From Polyangiaceae bacterium (lineage in GTDB: Bacteria > Myxococcota_A > Polyangia > Polyangiales > Polyangiaceae): a DNA stretch of 64,000 bases. The stretch lies in assembly GCA_035063585.1 (NCBI GenBank), contig JAPSGB010000010.1, forward strand, positions 32,001-96,000, in the 5' to 3' direction. Position 1 is the stretch's first letter. Each line of letters begins with the position of its first letter. The notes under the pieces were generated by a model. That model did no database searches and was not told the origin of the DNA. It saw only the letters and a list, made by a program, of their open reading frames with translations. Of this stretch, positions 10,001 through 19,776 are shown piece after piece. Made by a program: the position numbers and the translations under genes.

Positions 10001-11599
10001 ATGGCGGGCCGAACCGTCCGGGAGCGCTGGCTCACCTTCCTGATCCTGCCGCTCATCGTGCTCGGGGTGCTGGTGCTCGAGAGCGTCACGTTCAGAAATA
10101 GCTTTCAGCTCGAGAAGCTACGCGAGCAATCGGTGGTCGAGGCGACCCTCTTGCTCGCGAACGAGAAGGCGGACCGCCTCGACAAGCGCATCATCGAACA
10201 GGACAACGCGGTGGCCTCGACCATCGACGTCACGGTGCGCCAGGACTTCGGCTCCGACTGGCTCAAGATTGCCGCGCGCCAAACGCCGACCGTGCGAGCG
10301 GTGCTGGTCCTCGATCTGTCATCGCTGGAGAAGACGGTGGTGGCGTTCGCGTCCCGCGCGCCCGGCCCCGAGGACGAGCATTTTCGACGCTTGCTCATAA
10401 ACTCCATGCTCGCGGACATGAAGCTCGACGTCGCGCCGCGCGAGCAGCTCCGGCACCTGCACAAGACCTATCAACGCGCCAACTACCTCATCAGCTACTG
10501 GCAGCGTGACGTGGGCGGCGGTCGCTATCTGGTCGTGGCCTGGCACGACGTGCCTCGGATCGTTCACGACGTGTTCCCGGCGCTGTATTCGGATCGCGAT
10601 CAGCAGAGCCGTGTCAACGTGGTCGACGGCGAGGGCCGAATCGTCTACGGGCCGCCGCTCAGCCGCGGAGGCTTCACGCTCGGTCGCCCGTTTCAGACGA
10701 CCCTCTACAAGTGGCGCCTCAACGTCGCCATGGTCTCGGCCGAGGAGCTCGCGGCCGCGGTGGGTCGCCGACGAATGCTCGAGATGGTGATGGTCGGCCT
10801 GTCTGGGCTGGTCGTCGTCCTCGGGCTGATCGTGGTCCTCGTCGCGGCCGCGCGCGAGCGCAAGCTCTCCAACCTGAAGAGCGATTTCGTCGCCAACGTC
10901 TCGCACGAGCTGAAGACCCCGCTCTCCCTGGTCCGGATGTTCGCCGAGCTCCTGCAGAGCGGCCGGGTCGAGAACGATGAGAAGCGGCAGCAGTATCTCG
11001 ATATCGTGACCCGTGAGAGCGAGCGACTCTCGTCGCTCATCGAGAACGTGCTCGATTTCGCCAAGGTCGAGCGAGGACGCGTAGCGTACGAGTTCTCGGC
11101 GGGGAACCTCGCCGACGTGGTCGCGCGCGCCGTGGAGGTGTGCCGCGTGCGGGCCGAGCGCGAGAAGGTCACCCTCGCGCTCGACGTCGAGGAGTTGCCC
11201 GCCTGCCCGCTCGACGAGCGCGCCATCGAGATCGCGGTCATCAACCTGATCGACAACGCGCTCAAGTACGCGGCGAGCGGCCAGCGGGTCTCGGTGGCCG
11301 TGCAGCGCAAAGCACGCATGGCCGAGGTACGCGTCACCGACCAGGGGCCGGGCATCTCGCCGGAGGATCGGAAGCGGATCTTCGAACGCTTCGTGCGCGG
11401 CACGAGCGCCCAGCGCCAGCAAGTGCGCGGGAGCGGAATTGGGCTCGCGCTGGTGAAGCACATCGCCGAAGCTCACGGAGGACGAGCCTGGGTGGAACCA
11501 GCCGAGCCCAGCGGGAGCGTCTTCGTATTGAGCGTGAGTCTCGGTTCGCCAGCACGCGGCGTGGCGGAGGCGACGCGCGAGGCTCCCTCGCTCGCGTGA
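10001..11599 (+). CDS. Membrane sensor histidine kinase (HisKA + HATPase)
   Basis: Two TM helices; FVANVSHELKTPL H-box; NLIDNALKY, DQGPGI and GSGIGL boxes. Confidence 0.95.
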   Translation: MAGRTVRERWLTFLILPLIVLGVLVLESVTFRNSFQLEKLREQSVVEATLLLANEKADRLDKRIIEQDNAVASTIDVTVRQDFGSDWLKIAARQTPTVRAVLVLDLSSLEKTVVAFASRAPGPEDEHFRRLLINSMLADMKLDVAPREQLRHLHKTYQRANYLISYWQRDVGGGRYLVVAWHDVPRIVHDVFPALYSDRDQQSRVNVVDGEGRIVYGPPLSRGGFTLGRPFQTTLYKWRLNVAMVSAEELAAAVGRRRMLEMVMVGLSGLVVVLGLIVVLVAAARERKLSNLKSDFVANVSHELKTPLSLVRMFAELLQSGRVENDEKRQQYLDIVTRESERLSSLIENVLDFAKVERGRVAYEFSAGNLADVVARAVEVCRVRAEREKVTLALDVEELPACPLDERAIEIAVINLIDNALKYAASGQRVSVAVQRKARMAEVRVTDQGPGISPEDRKRIFERFVRGTSAQRQQVRGSGIGLALVKHIAEAHGGRAWVEPAEPSGSVFVLSVSLGSPARGVAEATREAPSLA

Positions 11600-11605
11600 G
11601 GGGAG

Positions 11606-13702
11606 CTATTCGCTCACTTCGCCGTCGTCGGTCGGAGGTTGCTGCTTGAGGAGGTCTTTGTCGGTGAGGAAGACGGGGTTGCCCCCCGTGGCAGGCGCGG
11701 CTGGCGTCGGCGCGGTGGAGGTCGGCTTCGCCTCCGCGGGCACCACCAGCGCCGCGGTCGCGGCTGCGGTCGCCGTCGCGCCCGGGGAGGCCTCGTCGAA
11801 GTTGGGCTCGTCGTCCTCGACCGGCTCCGCCGGGGGCGCCGCGCTCGCCGCCGCCTCGGCGGGGAGCGGCGGCGGCGCCACGATACCGTCGAGGAGCGCG
11901 TCGTAGCCCTCTCTCACCTTCGCGAACGCGTCGCGCTCCGATGGCGGCAGGACGCGCAGGCCGTCTGGGTTCAGCGACATCGGATCGATGTACTTGTCGT
12001 CCTTCTTCGCGAACCAGTGAAGATGCGGCCCGGTGGAGCGCCCGGTGTTGCCGACGTAGCCCACCACGTCCATCCGCTTGACGTGATCGCCCACCTTGAG
12101 CCCTTCGGCGAAGCGCGACATGTGGGCGTAGCCGGTCTCGTAGCCGCCCGGGTGCTCGAGCACCACGAGCAGTCCGGTCGCACCGGTGCCGCTCATGCGA
12201 TCGACCGTTCCGAAGGACGACGCATGAATCGGCGTACCGGACGGCGCCGCGATATCGGTGCCCAGGTGCGGCGTGACCTTCTTCAAGATCGGATGCATTC
12301 GGGTCAGGTTGAAGGGTGAGGAGATGCGCGCGCCCGGCAGCGGGAAGCGCCAGCCGCCCTCGTAGGGGGCCTTGCCCGAGCCGTCGTAGTAGGCCCCGTG
12401 GGTCCCGGCGTCGCGGTAGAAGTAGAGGCGGAGGGGCTTGCCGCTCCCACCCGCGGGCTGGTACTCGAACGCCTCGAGACCGGCGTAGCGAGCGAACTCG
12501 CCGAGCACGGTGACCTCTTGCGCGATGAGCTTGAGCACGTCGCCGCGCTTCATGTCATCGAGCGCCATGTGACCGGCGATGGCCGACGCCACCGTCTGCG
12601 CGAGGCCTTCGTCGAAGCCGGCGCGCTTGGCGGAGCGCTCGAAATCACCGTCGAACACCAGCGCGCCCTTCACCTGAGCGCGCTCCACCTTGAAATCGAG
12701 CTTGGACGCCTTGAGCAGGCCGTCCGCGCCGGCGCGCGCCTGGTACACCTCTTCCTTGCTCACGATGTACTCGAACGCCGTGAGCTTCTTCGAGGAGCGC
12801 TCGACGAGCGCCTGGAAAGAGTCGGTGCGCGCGCACTTGTCGAAGTCGCGGAGGCCCTTGAACGCGGTGAGCACGCGATACGCCTCGGTCTTGTCCAAGC
12901 CCGCCGCTTGCACGACCTTGAGGAAGGGGTCGTGACCGATCTCGCCCTTCAACACCCGATAGGTCGGGTTCGCCGCCTCGTCCGAGATGCGCCATGGCCC
13001 CGGGATCTTCGGTCGAGCGGGTCGGGTCGGCACCGGCTCGGCCTCCGCGACGGGCGCGGTCGCCGAAGGCGCGGGGGCGCGCGCACCGGACGTGGGACGC
13101 TCGAGGTGGCTCAGGTGAATGGCGAGCGCGATCACGGTCGCGACCACTGCGAGCCCGAGCAGGGTACTGAACACCGCGACGAGCGAAGGGGAGAGCGGGG
13201 CCCGAGTCGAATGAATGAGCGGCGCGGCCGGCGGCCGGCCCGCCGCCTTGCCGACCAGATCGAGCTCGAGGTCGAGCGGCCGACGGCGCGCCGGGCGCCG
13301 CGCTCCGATCTCGTCGAGCTCGTCGCCGCGCGGGCTCACCTCGTCGTGGACGCGCGCCTCGGCGGCTCGCGCGAGGAGTCGCGCGCGCACCGGGTGCACC
13401 GGCTCCGCTGCCCCGCGCTCCGCCGTCGCGGCGGGCGGAGGGGTCGCGGTGCCAGCGATTTCTTCTGAGAATTCCGGAGCTTCGCGGAGTGGCTCCGGGT
13501 GCGCCGAGGCGAGCTCGAGCGCTGGCTCGGGCTCCCCGTCGTCGCGCACCGACGGGTCGACGATCCGCCCGACGTGGCGCGGGTCTTCCGAGTCCGGCGT
13601 GGACGCCACGCGTGGGCTCGTAGCAGCCGCATCCTCTAGCGGCAAGCGCCGCTGCCCTCCGCCGCGCTGCGAACGCACACCCGCTCGGCGACGGGAGACC
13701 AC
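11606..13702 (-). CDS. M23 family metallopeptidase (MepM-like) with low-complexity N-terminus and one TM helix
   Basis: RMHPIL..PHLGTD (HxxxD), YAHMS and GRSTGPHLH motifs; start codon uncertain. Confidence 0.85.
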   Translation of the reverse strand: MVSRRRAGVRSQRGGGQRRLPLEDAAATSPRVASTPDSEDPRHVGRIVDPSVRDDGEPEPALELASAHPEPLREAPEFSEEIAGTATPPPAATAERGAAEPVHPVRARLLARAAEARVHDEVSPRGDELDEIGARRPARRRPLDLELDLVGKAAGRPPAAPLIHSTRAPLSPSLVAVFSTLLGLAVVATVIALAIHLSHLERPTSGARAPAPSATAPVAEAEPVPTRPARPKIPGPWRISDEAANPTYRVLKGEIGHDPFLKVVQAAGLDKTEAYRVLTAFKGLRDFDKCARTDSFQALVERSSKKLTAFEYIVSKEEVYQARAGADGLLKASKLDFKVERAQVKGALVFDGDFERSAKRAGFDEGLAQTVASAIAGHMALDDMKRGDVLKLIAQEVTVLGEFARYAGLEAFEYQPAGGSGKPLRLYFYRDAGTHGAYYDGSGKAPYEGGWRFPLPGARISSPFNLTRMHPILKKVTPHLGTDIAAPSGTPIHASSFGTVDRMSGTGATGLLVVLEHPGGYETGYAHMSRFAEGLKVGDHVKRMDVVGYVGNTGRSTGPHLHWFAKKDDKYIDPMSLNPDGLRVLPPSERDAFAKVREGYDALLDGIVAPPPLPAEAAASAAPPAEPVEDDEPNFDEASPGATATAAATAALVVPAEAKPTSTAPTPAAPATGGNPVFLTDKDLLKQQPPTDDGEVSE

Positions 13703-13768
13703 CGGGCTCCCAAACGGCGGTCGACTCCATCGCCACCATCCGACAGACTGCTCGGGTCGAGGACGGAC

Positions 13769-14494
13769 ATGGATGACCACGTGAAGCAACTCCTCTTGCT
13801 CGGCCGAGAGCACTACGCAAAACGCGAGCTCGACCAGGCCGAGTATCTCCTCGAGCAGGTAGCGCAGAAGAGCGATCGCTTCGCCGATGTGTTCGACATG
13901 CTGGGCGTCATCGCGCACAGCAAGGGTGATTTCGCTCGGGCGGAGGAGTTCTTCGAGCGTGCGGTGGCGCTGAACCCGAATTACACCGAGGCGCAGCTCA
14001 ACCTGATGGTCACTTACAACGACCTCGGCAAGTACGACGCCGCCCGGAAGATTTACGCCAGCATCCGCTCGCGCGACGGCGGCGAGCGGCTCGATCCGTT
14101 CGCGCGCGGCAAGATCGCCAACATGCACGCAGAGATCAGCCAGGCGTATCAAGACGCGGGGATGCTGGTCGAGGCGATCGACGAGCTCGAGAAGGCGGTC
14201 TCACTCTGTCCGACCTTCGCGGATCTTCGCACTCGGCTCGGCTCGCTCTACCGCGACAGCGGTGACCACGCCCGCGCTCGTGAGCAATTCCTCGCTGCCA
14301 AGGAAGCCAACCCGCGCTACGTGCAGGCGCGCGTCCTCTTGGGCGCGCTGATGCTCGGCGCGGGCGAGAACGCCGCCGCGAGCGACGAGCTCAGGAGCGT
14401 CCTCGAGCTCGATCCGGAAAATAAGAGCGCGCAGATGTACCTGCGGATCGCCAAGCAGAACACCAAGCCGCCCCCGCCTCCCGCGGAGTCGTGA
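13769..14494 (+). CDS. Tetratricopeptide repeat protein
   Basis: Repeated TPR patterns (LG..A...GDF..A...FERAVALNP). Confidence 0.85.
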   Translation: MDDHVKQLLLLGREHYAKRELDQAEYLLEQVAQKSDRFADVFDMLGVIAHSKGDFARAEEFFERAVALNPNYTEAQLNLMVTYNDLGKYDAARKIYASIRSRDGGERLDPFARGKIANMHAEISQAYQDAGMLVEAIDELEKAVSLCPTFADLRTRLGSLYRDSGDHARAREQFLAAKEANPRYVQARVLLGALMLGAGENAAASDELRSVLELDPENKSAQMYLRIAKQNTKPPPPPAES

Positions 14495-14967
14495 CTGCGG
14501 CGGCGCCGGCCGGAGGGAGGCTCGGGCTCCGCGGGCAGCTCCGCCGGCTCTGGCGCCGGCTCCGAGGCGGTGAGCTCACGCCGCGTCGGGCAGCGGCTTC
14601 GGTGGCGGTCGGACTGTTCATCGGCTGCACGCCGCTCTATGGCGCGCACCTCGCGCTCTGCGCGGCGCTCTGCGCGGCCCTGCGCCTCGATTTGGTAGTC
14701 GCCGGGCTGGCCTCGAACGTATCGAACCCGCTCTTCGCCCCGTTCTTGGTCACCGCAGAGATCGAGCTCGGTTCACTCATCGTCGAGGGGCGATTCACGG
14801 AGTTCGACCTCGAGCGTGCGCGGGCGAAGGGCATCGCCGGGTTTGCGCTCGAAGCGGCGGTGGGCTCGCTCGTACTCGGTGGCGCGCTCGCCGGGCTCGG
14901 CGCGGCGTTCGCGTGGTGGCTCGCGAGCGCCCGCAGCCGCGCCGCGCGCCGTGCGCGCGCCGGCTGA
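14491..14967 (+). CDS. DUF2062-like membrane protein
   Basis: TPRRAAASVAVGLFIGCTPLYGAH and SNVSNP motifs; GTGA overlap with the TPR gene. Confidence 0.75.
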   Translation: MTAAAPAGGRLGLRGQLRRLWRRLRGGELTPRRAAASVAVGLFIGCTPLYGAHLALCAALCAALRLDLVVAGLASNVSNPLFAPFLVTAEIELGSLIVEGRFTEFDLERARAKGIAGFALEAAVGSLVLGGALAGLGAAFAWWLASARSRAARRARAG

Positions 14968-14975
14968 GCGCGCGC

Positions 14976-15725
14976 TCAGGTGAGCCGTGACATGAGCCTC
15001 GCCGGCTCGGTGTCGCCGCTCCAATCCTCGAGGCTACTCGCCTCGGCGCCGAGCGCTCGCGCGAGGTGCTCGAGTGCGCGCTCCGCGGCGGCGCGCGTGG
15101 TGGGCTGCGCCCCGGTGAGCGCCTCGATCGAGGTGACCCCGTGCTGGGTGATACCGCAGGGGACGATGAGCCCGAAGAGGGAGAGATCCACGGTCAGATT
15201 GAACGCGAACCCGTGCATCGTGATCCAGCGGGACAGCCGCACGCCGACCGCGCCCAGCTTGGCCAGCCACCGCGCCTGTCCCGCGCCGGGCCAACACCCC
15301 TTCGACTCGAGATCGACCCACAGCCCGATGAGGTCGGGGACCGACCCGGCGCCCACCCCGAAATCGAGCGCGAGCAGCCGCATGGTCTCGGTGAGGTCGC
15401 GGACGTAGCGGCGCACGTCCCGTCGGTCCGGGGAGAGATCGACGATGGGATAGCAGACGAGCTGGCCGGGGGCGTGGAGGGTCACGTCGCCGCCGCGCCC
15501 GGTCGACACCAGATCGATGCCGCGTCGGGCGAGCTCTCCCTCGGACAGGAGCACGTTCTCGGGGTGGGCGCCGCGACCGAGCGTGATCACCGGCTCGTGC
15601 TCGAGCAAGAGCACGGTGTCGCCGGCGCGCCCAGCGGCGCGGGCCTCCGAGAGTTCACGCTGGAGCGCGTGCACTGGCTCGTAGCGGCGACGCCCGAGCC
15701 ACACTCCGGTGAGGCGACGCGACAC
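14976..15725 (-). CDS. lipB: Lipoyl(octanoyl) transferase
   Basis: LLLEHEPVITLG, RGGDVTLHAPGQLV, HGFAFN and IVPCGI motifs. Confidence 0.95.
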   Translation of the reverse strand: MSRRLTGVWLGRRRYEPVHALQRELSEARAAGRAGDTVLLLEHEPVITLGRGAHPENVLLSEGELARRGIDLVSTGRGGDVTLHAPGQLVCYPIVDLSPDRRDVRRYVRDLTETMRLLALDFGVGAGSVPDLIGLWVDLESKGCWPGAGQARWLAKLGAVGVRLSRWITMHGFAFNLTVDLSLFGLIVPCGITQHGVTSIEALTGAQPTTRAAAERALEHLARALGAEASSLEDWSGDTEPARLMSRLT

Positions 15726-15726
15726 C

Positions 15727-17226
15727 CTATTCGGGGACCTCGTGACCTGCGTCGCGAAGCTCGTCGCGGAGCGCGTCGATGCGCTCGGTGAATACGCCGG
15801 CGACGTCCGGGTCGAACTGCGACTTCGAGCAGCGGACGATCTCGTTGACGGTCACCTCGTGAGGCAGCGCGCGGCGATAGGCGCGGTCGCTGGTCATGGC
15901 ATCGTAGGTGTCCGCCACCGAGATGATGCGGGCGATGAGCGGGATCTCCTGACCGGCGAGGCCGAGCGGGTAGCCCCGGCCGTCCCAGCGCTCGTGGTGC
16001 AGATGCACGCCGGGGATCACTGGCGCGAGGAACTTGATGGGATCGAGGATCTCGCGACCGTAGGCGGGATGTTGCTTGAAGATCTCGTATTCGTCGTCGG
16101 TGAGCCTCCCCGGCTTGTTGAGGTTCATCACGCAGCCGACCTTGCCGATGTCGTGCATCAGCGCCGAGTGCCGGACGATCTCGATGGTCGGCTCGTCGAG
16201 GCCGAGCCAGCGCGCCAGGGCCACCGCGTAGCGCGCGACGCGCTCCGAGTGACCCGCGGTGTAGCGATCCATCTTGTCGATGGTGCGAGCGAGGCTCTGG
16301 ATGGTCTGCTGGAAGGTGGCCTGGAGATCCTCGTAGAGGCGTGCATTTTCCATGGTGGCCGCGGCGCGCGACGCGATCATCGCGAGCATCTTGCGGTTGC
16401 CCTCGTCGAAGCGCTTACTCGCCGTGAGCGAGACCACCGCGAGCCACCCGATGAGCCGCTCGCGCATCTTGAGGGGTACGATGGCGAGGCTCGACACCGG
16501 TCGATCCGGCGCTCGCTCGAAGAGATCGAGCGCGCGCGCGCCGTGCTCGACCACCGAATCGCCGCGCATCAACCGCCTCGAGATGGCCGTCGCGTCGAGC
16601 TGTCCCGGCTCGAGCTCGGCGGGGAACGATGCGCTCACGTGCACGCTCCGCTCGAAATAGCCGCCCTCGCCGTCCTCGAGCCAGGTCGCCACCATGTCGG
16701 CGCGGACCTCGTGAATCCCGGCGTCCGACACGGTCGCGATGACCTCATCGAGCGAGAGGCTCGCGTGGATCGCCTCGCTCACCTTGTAGAGCGACACCGC
16801 CTCGCGGAGCCGGAGGTTCTCGGCGGCGAGCCGGCGCTTCTCGAGGCCGCGCTGGACGATATGGACGATCTCCTCGACCTTGAACGGCTTCAGGATGTAG
16901 TCGTACGCGCCCTGCTTCATCGCGTCGATCGCGGTCTCGACCGTGCCAAATCCGGTCATGATGACGGTGAGCGTGTCCGGATGGGTGCGCGACACCTCCT
17001 TCAGGAGCTCGAGCCCGCCCATCTTCGGCATCTTGAGATCGCTGATGATGAGGTCGTATCGGGCTCGCGCGAGCTCGTCGAGGGCGCGCGTGCCGTCCTC
17101 GGCGGTCCGGACCTGGTAGCCTTCCATGCCGAGAAAATCGGCGAGGATGTCGCGAATGAACTTCTCGTCGTCGACGACGAGGACTCGCGGCTTCTCGTCG
17201 AGCTCTGCCGGTTCGGTTTCGTTCAT
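15727..17226 (-). CDS. Response regulator with REC-GAF-HD-GYP architecture (putative cyclic dinucleotide phosphodiesterase)
   Basis: VLVVDDE, SDLKMP and KPF receiver motifs; central GAF-like segment; GHSERV, HDIGK and HHERWDGRGYP. Confidence 0.92.
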   Translation of the reverse strand: MNETEPAELDEKPRVLVVDDEKFIRDILADFLGMEGYQVRTAEDGTRALDELARARYDLIISDLKMPKMGGLELLKEVSRTHPDTLTVIMTGFGTVETAIDAMKQGAYDYILKPFKVEEIVHIVQRGLEKRRLAAENLRLREAVSLYKVSEAIHASLSLDEVIATVSDAGIHEVRADMVATWLEDGEGGYFERSVHVSASFPAELEPGQLDATAISRRLMRGDSVVEHGARALDLFERAPDRPVSSLAIVPLKMRERLIGWLAVVSLTASKRFDEGNRKMLAMIASRAAATMENARLYEDLQATFQQTIQSLARTIDKMDRYTAGHSERVARYAVALARWLGLDEPTIEIVRHSALMHDIGKVGCVMNLNKPGRLTDDEYEIFKQHPAYGREILDPIKFLAPVIPGVHLHHERWDGRGYPLGLAGQEIPLIARIISVADTYDAMTSDRAYRRALPHEVTVNEIVRCSKSQFDPDVAGVFTERIDALRDELRDAGHEVPE

Positions 17227-17268
17227 TCTGCGATCGGGGATAAGGTACCAGGAAAACCCGGGGCGGGT

Positions 17269-19005
17269 TCAGCCGCTTGCCTCGGCGAAGACGGCGAGGT
17301 CGCCAGGGAGGGCGCATGAGACCACGATTTCGTTTCCGTGGCCGCCGGGATCTAGCTCGACGCGGCTCGCGTGCAAAAAGAGTCGGTCGAGCCCGTGACG
17401 CTCGGCGACGTGGCGGTTGGTCGGCCCGTGTCCGAAGCGAGTGTCCCCGAGCACTGGGTGCCCCAGCCCTGCAAGATGCCGGCGGAGCTGCTCGGGGCTT
17501 CCCGGCTCGGCGAGGATCTCGAGCAGACTATGCCCGTGGGCCACGCCGAGCCGGCGGTAGCGAGTCCGCGCGGGTGCGCCACCGAGCGGGCGGTTCACCG
17601 ACCCGGATGGGCGGGTGACGCCGCGCACGGCGGCGACGAACCTCACCCGGACCGCGCTCGGCGCGGTGGAGTGGGTGAACGGGAGCGCGCCGCTCGCCTC
17701 GGTGTGGAGCGAGACGGCCGCGCGCGCCTCCGCGAAGCCCACGACGCGCCGGACTCGCTGGAGCAGGTGGCGTGGGTCCTCGTGCGGGGGCTTGTCGACG
17801 ACGAGCCACTGGTCGTCCGCATGGAGCACCCGGAGCGGTGGCGGCGCGCCCCGCGTGAGCACCGCGAGGCACTCGAGCTCCTCGGTGAGCGGGATCATGT
17901 CGAACGGCTCGGGCGGGGCCGCGCGATAACCGAGCTCGACGAGGTGTGAGAGGTCGCGAGCGAGCGTCTCCGGGTTGCACGATACGTAGGCGAGCGCCCG
18001 CGGCTCGAGCGCGGCGAGTGCGACACGCGCGGCCGGCTCGAGCCCGCGCCGCGGCGGGTCGACGACCACCACGTCTGGTCGGACGCGGTCGCGCGCGAGA
18101 GCGCGCGCGACCCGTCCCGCGTCGCCGGTGATCACCTCGACCGCGCCGGATGGTAGCTCGCGAGCGGCGTCTCGCGCCGCCGCGGCCGCTTCCGGGTAAG
18201 ACTCGACCAGGGTCATCGTCATGCCGGCGTGCGCGAGCGCGAGCCCGATGGCCCCCGAGCCTGCGTAGAGCTCGACGCCTCGCTTGCCAGCGAGCCCGCC
18301 GAGCGCGCGCTCGAGCGCGGCGACGAGCGCGGCGTGCAGCGCCGCCGCTTGCGCGCGATGTGCCTGCACGAACGCGCCGGGCACGGCGAGGTGCGTGACC
18401 TCTCCGATGCGATCCGGCGCGCGCCCGACGCCGCGCACCAGTCGGTGACCCGCGCCGAGGAGCTGGACTGCGTCGCGCGCTCGGCGGCTCACCGAGACTC
18501 CGGCGAGCTCGGGCGCCGCGCTCATGAGCGCCGCCGCCGCGGCGGCGAGCGCGCGCTCCGGCACCTCGCGCGCGGCGTCCAGCACCAGCGTGAGCAGCGC
18601 GCGCGGCGCGCCGCCGTCGCTCACCTCGCGGGCGTCGATGGCGACCAGCGCGTCGAAGACCGCCGCGTCGGCCGGACTCGGCTCGGCCGCTCGGCTGCGG
18701 AGCGCGGCGACCACGGCGCGGACGGTCGGCGTGAGCACGCGGCACTCGGGGATGTCGACCACCTCGTGGCTCGCCGCGGCGTAGAGCCCGACCTGGGCGC
18801 CCGGGCCGACCACGAATTTCGCCCGCACGCGGTAGTCGACCACGGTGGGTGCGGGGCGAACCGCGCGTGGCTCGAGCGCGAGCGACGGGTAGCGCGAGAA
18901 GGCGCGGCGCGCGCGCTCCTGCTTCTCGGCGAGCCCCGCGTGGTAGTCGAGATGGATGAGCGGGCAGCCGCCGCAGCGCTCCGCGTGAGGACAGTTAACC
19001 GACAC
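17269..19005 (-). CDS. rlmD: RlmD/TrmA-family RNA m5U methyltransferase fused to a degenerate RluA-type pseudouridine synthase domain
   Basis: CPHAERCGGC Fe-S motif, ELYAGSG, DPPRRG and YVSCNPETLARD; then VVDKP, QLRRHLAGLGHPVLGD and LFLHA. Confidence 0.85.
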   Translation of the reverse strand: MSVNCPHAERCGGCPLIHLDYHAGLAEKQERARRAFSRYPSLALEPRAVRPAPTVVDYRVRAKFVVGPGAQVGLYAAASHEVVDIPECRVLTPTVRAVVAALRSRAAEPSPADAAVFDALVAIDAREVSDGGAPRALLTLVLDAAREVPERALAAAAAALMSAAPELAGVSVSRRARDAVQLLGAGHRLVRGVGRAPDRIGEVTHLAVPGAFVQAHRAQAAALHAALVAALERALGGLAGKRGVELYAGSGAIGLALAHAGMTMTLVESYPEAAAAARDAARELPSGAVEVITGDAGRVARALARDRVRPDVVVVDPPRRGLEPAARVALAALEPRALAYVSCNPETLARDLSHLVELGYRAAPPEPFDMIPLTEELECLAVLTRGAPPPLRVLHADDQWLVVDKPPHEDPRHLLQRVRRVVGFAEARAAVSLHTEASGALPFTHSTAPSAVRVRFVAAVRGVTRPSGSVNRPLGGAPARTRYRRLGVAHGHSLLEILAEPGSPEQLRRHLAGLGHPVLGDTRFGHGPTNRHVAERHGLDRLFLHASRVELDPGGHGNEIVVSCALPGDLAVFAEASG

Positions 19006-19017
19006 GGCCGCGTCGGG

Positions 19018-19620
19018 TCAGCCCCGCTGCCCGAGCAGGCCGCCGAGCGAGCGGCGATGGTGCTCCGGGTCGTAGCTCCGCAAGAAGTGGAGGTTGAGCC
19101 CGTTGATGAGCGCGTGCGCGACGATGGGGCCGAGCAGCGACCCGGACAGCTCGAAGATGGCGCCGAGCGCGAGCCCGACCACGGTCGCCCACGAGGCCCA
19201 CACCCAGCGGCTCCGCCCGCGCACCTGGTGCAGCACGCCGAAGAGGAGCGCCTGCGGGATGAGTCCGAGCCACGGCTGGAGGAGCCCCCGGAAGAGCAAT
19301 TCCTCACCGAGCGCGCTCGAGACCGCGAGCGCCACGATCCCGACGGCCGAGATCCCGCGGGCGATGGGGCGGAGCTCGCCGTGGAGCTCGCGCGCCCACG
19401 AGAAGCGGGTGACCGACATCCGCGTGCCGAGCACGATCACCGCGCCGAACACCAGCCCGAGGATCAGGCTGTAGGTGTGGCTCTCGCTCGGGCTGAGCGG
19501 CAGCCACGGAGTGGGGTACACGAGCGGCGAGCCGCGCCGCCAGAGCACCGCGATGAACGCGGCCGCCACCGCGAGGACGGCGTAGGCCGAGGCAGCGGCG
19601 AAGCGGCCCCACCGGATCAT
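19018..19620 (-). CDS. CPBP (CAAX/Abi) intramembrane metalloprotease
   Basis: EELLFRG, FGVLH and HALIN motifs within a TM protein. Confidence 0.9.
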   Translation of the reverse strand: MIRWGRFAAASAYAVLAVAAAFIAVLWRRGSPLVYPTPWLPLSPSESHTYSLILGLVFGAVIVLGTRMSVTRFSWARELHGELRPIARGISAVGIVALAVSSALGEELLFRGLLQPWLGLIPQALLFGVLHQVRGRSRWVWASWATVVGLALGAIFELSGSLLGPIVAHALINGLNLHFLRSYDPEHHRRSLGGLLGQRG

Positions 19621-19776
19621 CGCGCAGACTATGGCACGGGCCCTCGGGGCGCGCACTAGCCACCTCGGGCCGAGGCGCTCCGCGCGCGGCCTGGCCGAGC
19701 CGGCTTCGGGGCCCGCGGGCGGGCCGGGGACGGCGAGGGTGTCGCTCGCGCGACAACCGCGCTAACTTCTCGCGCC

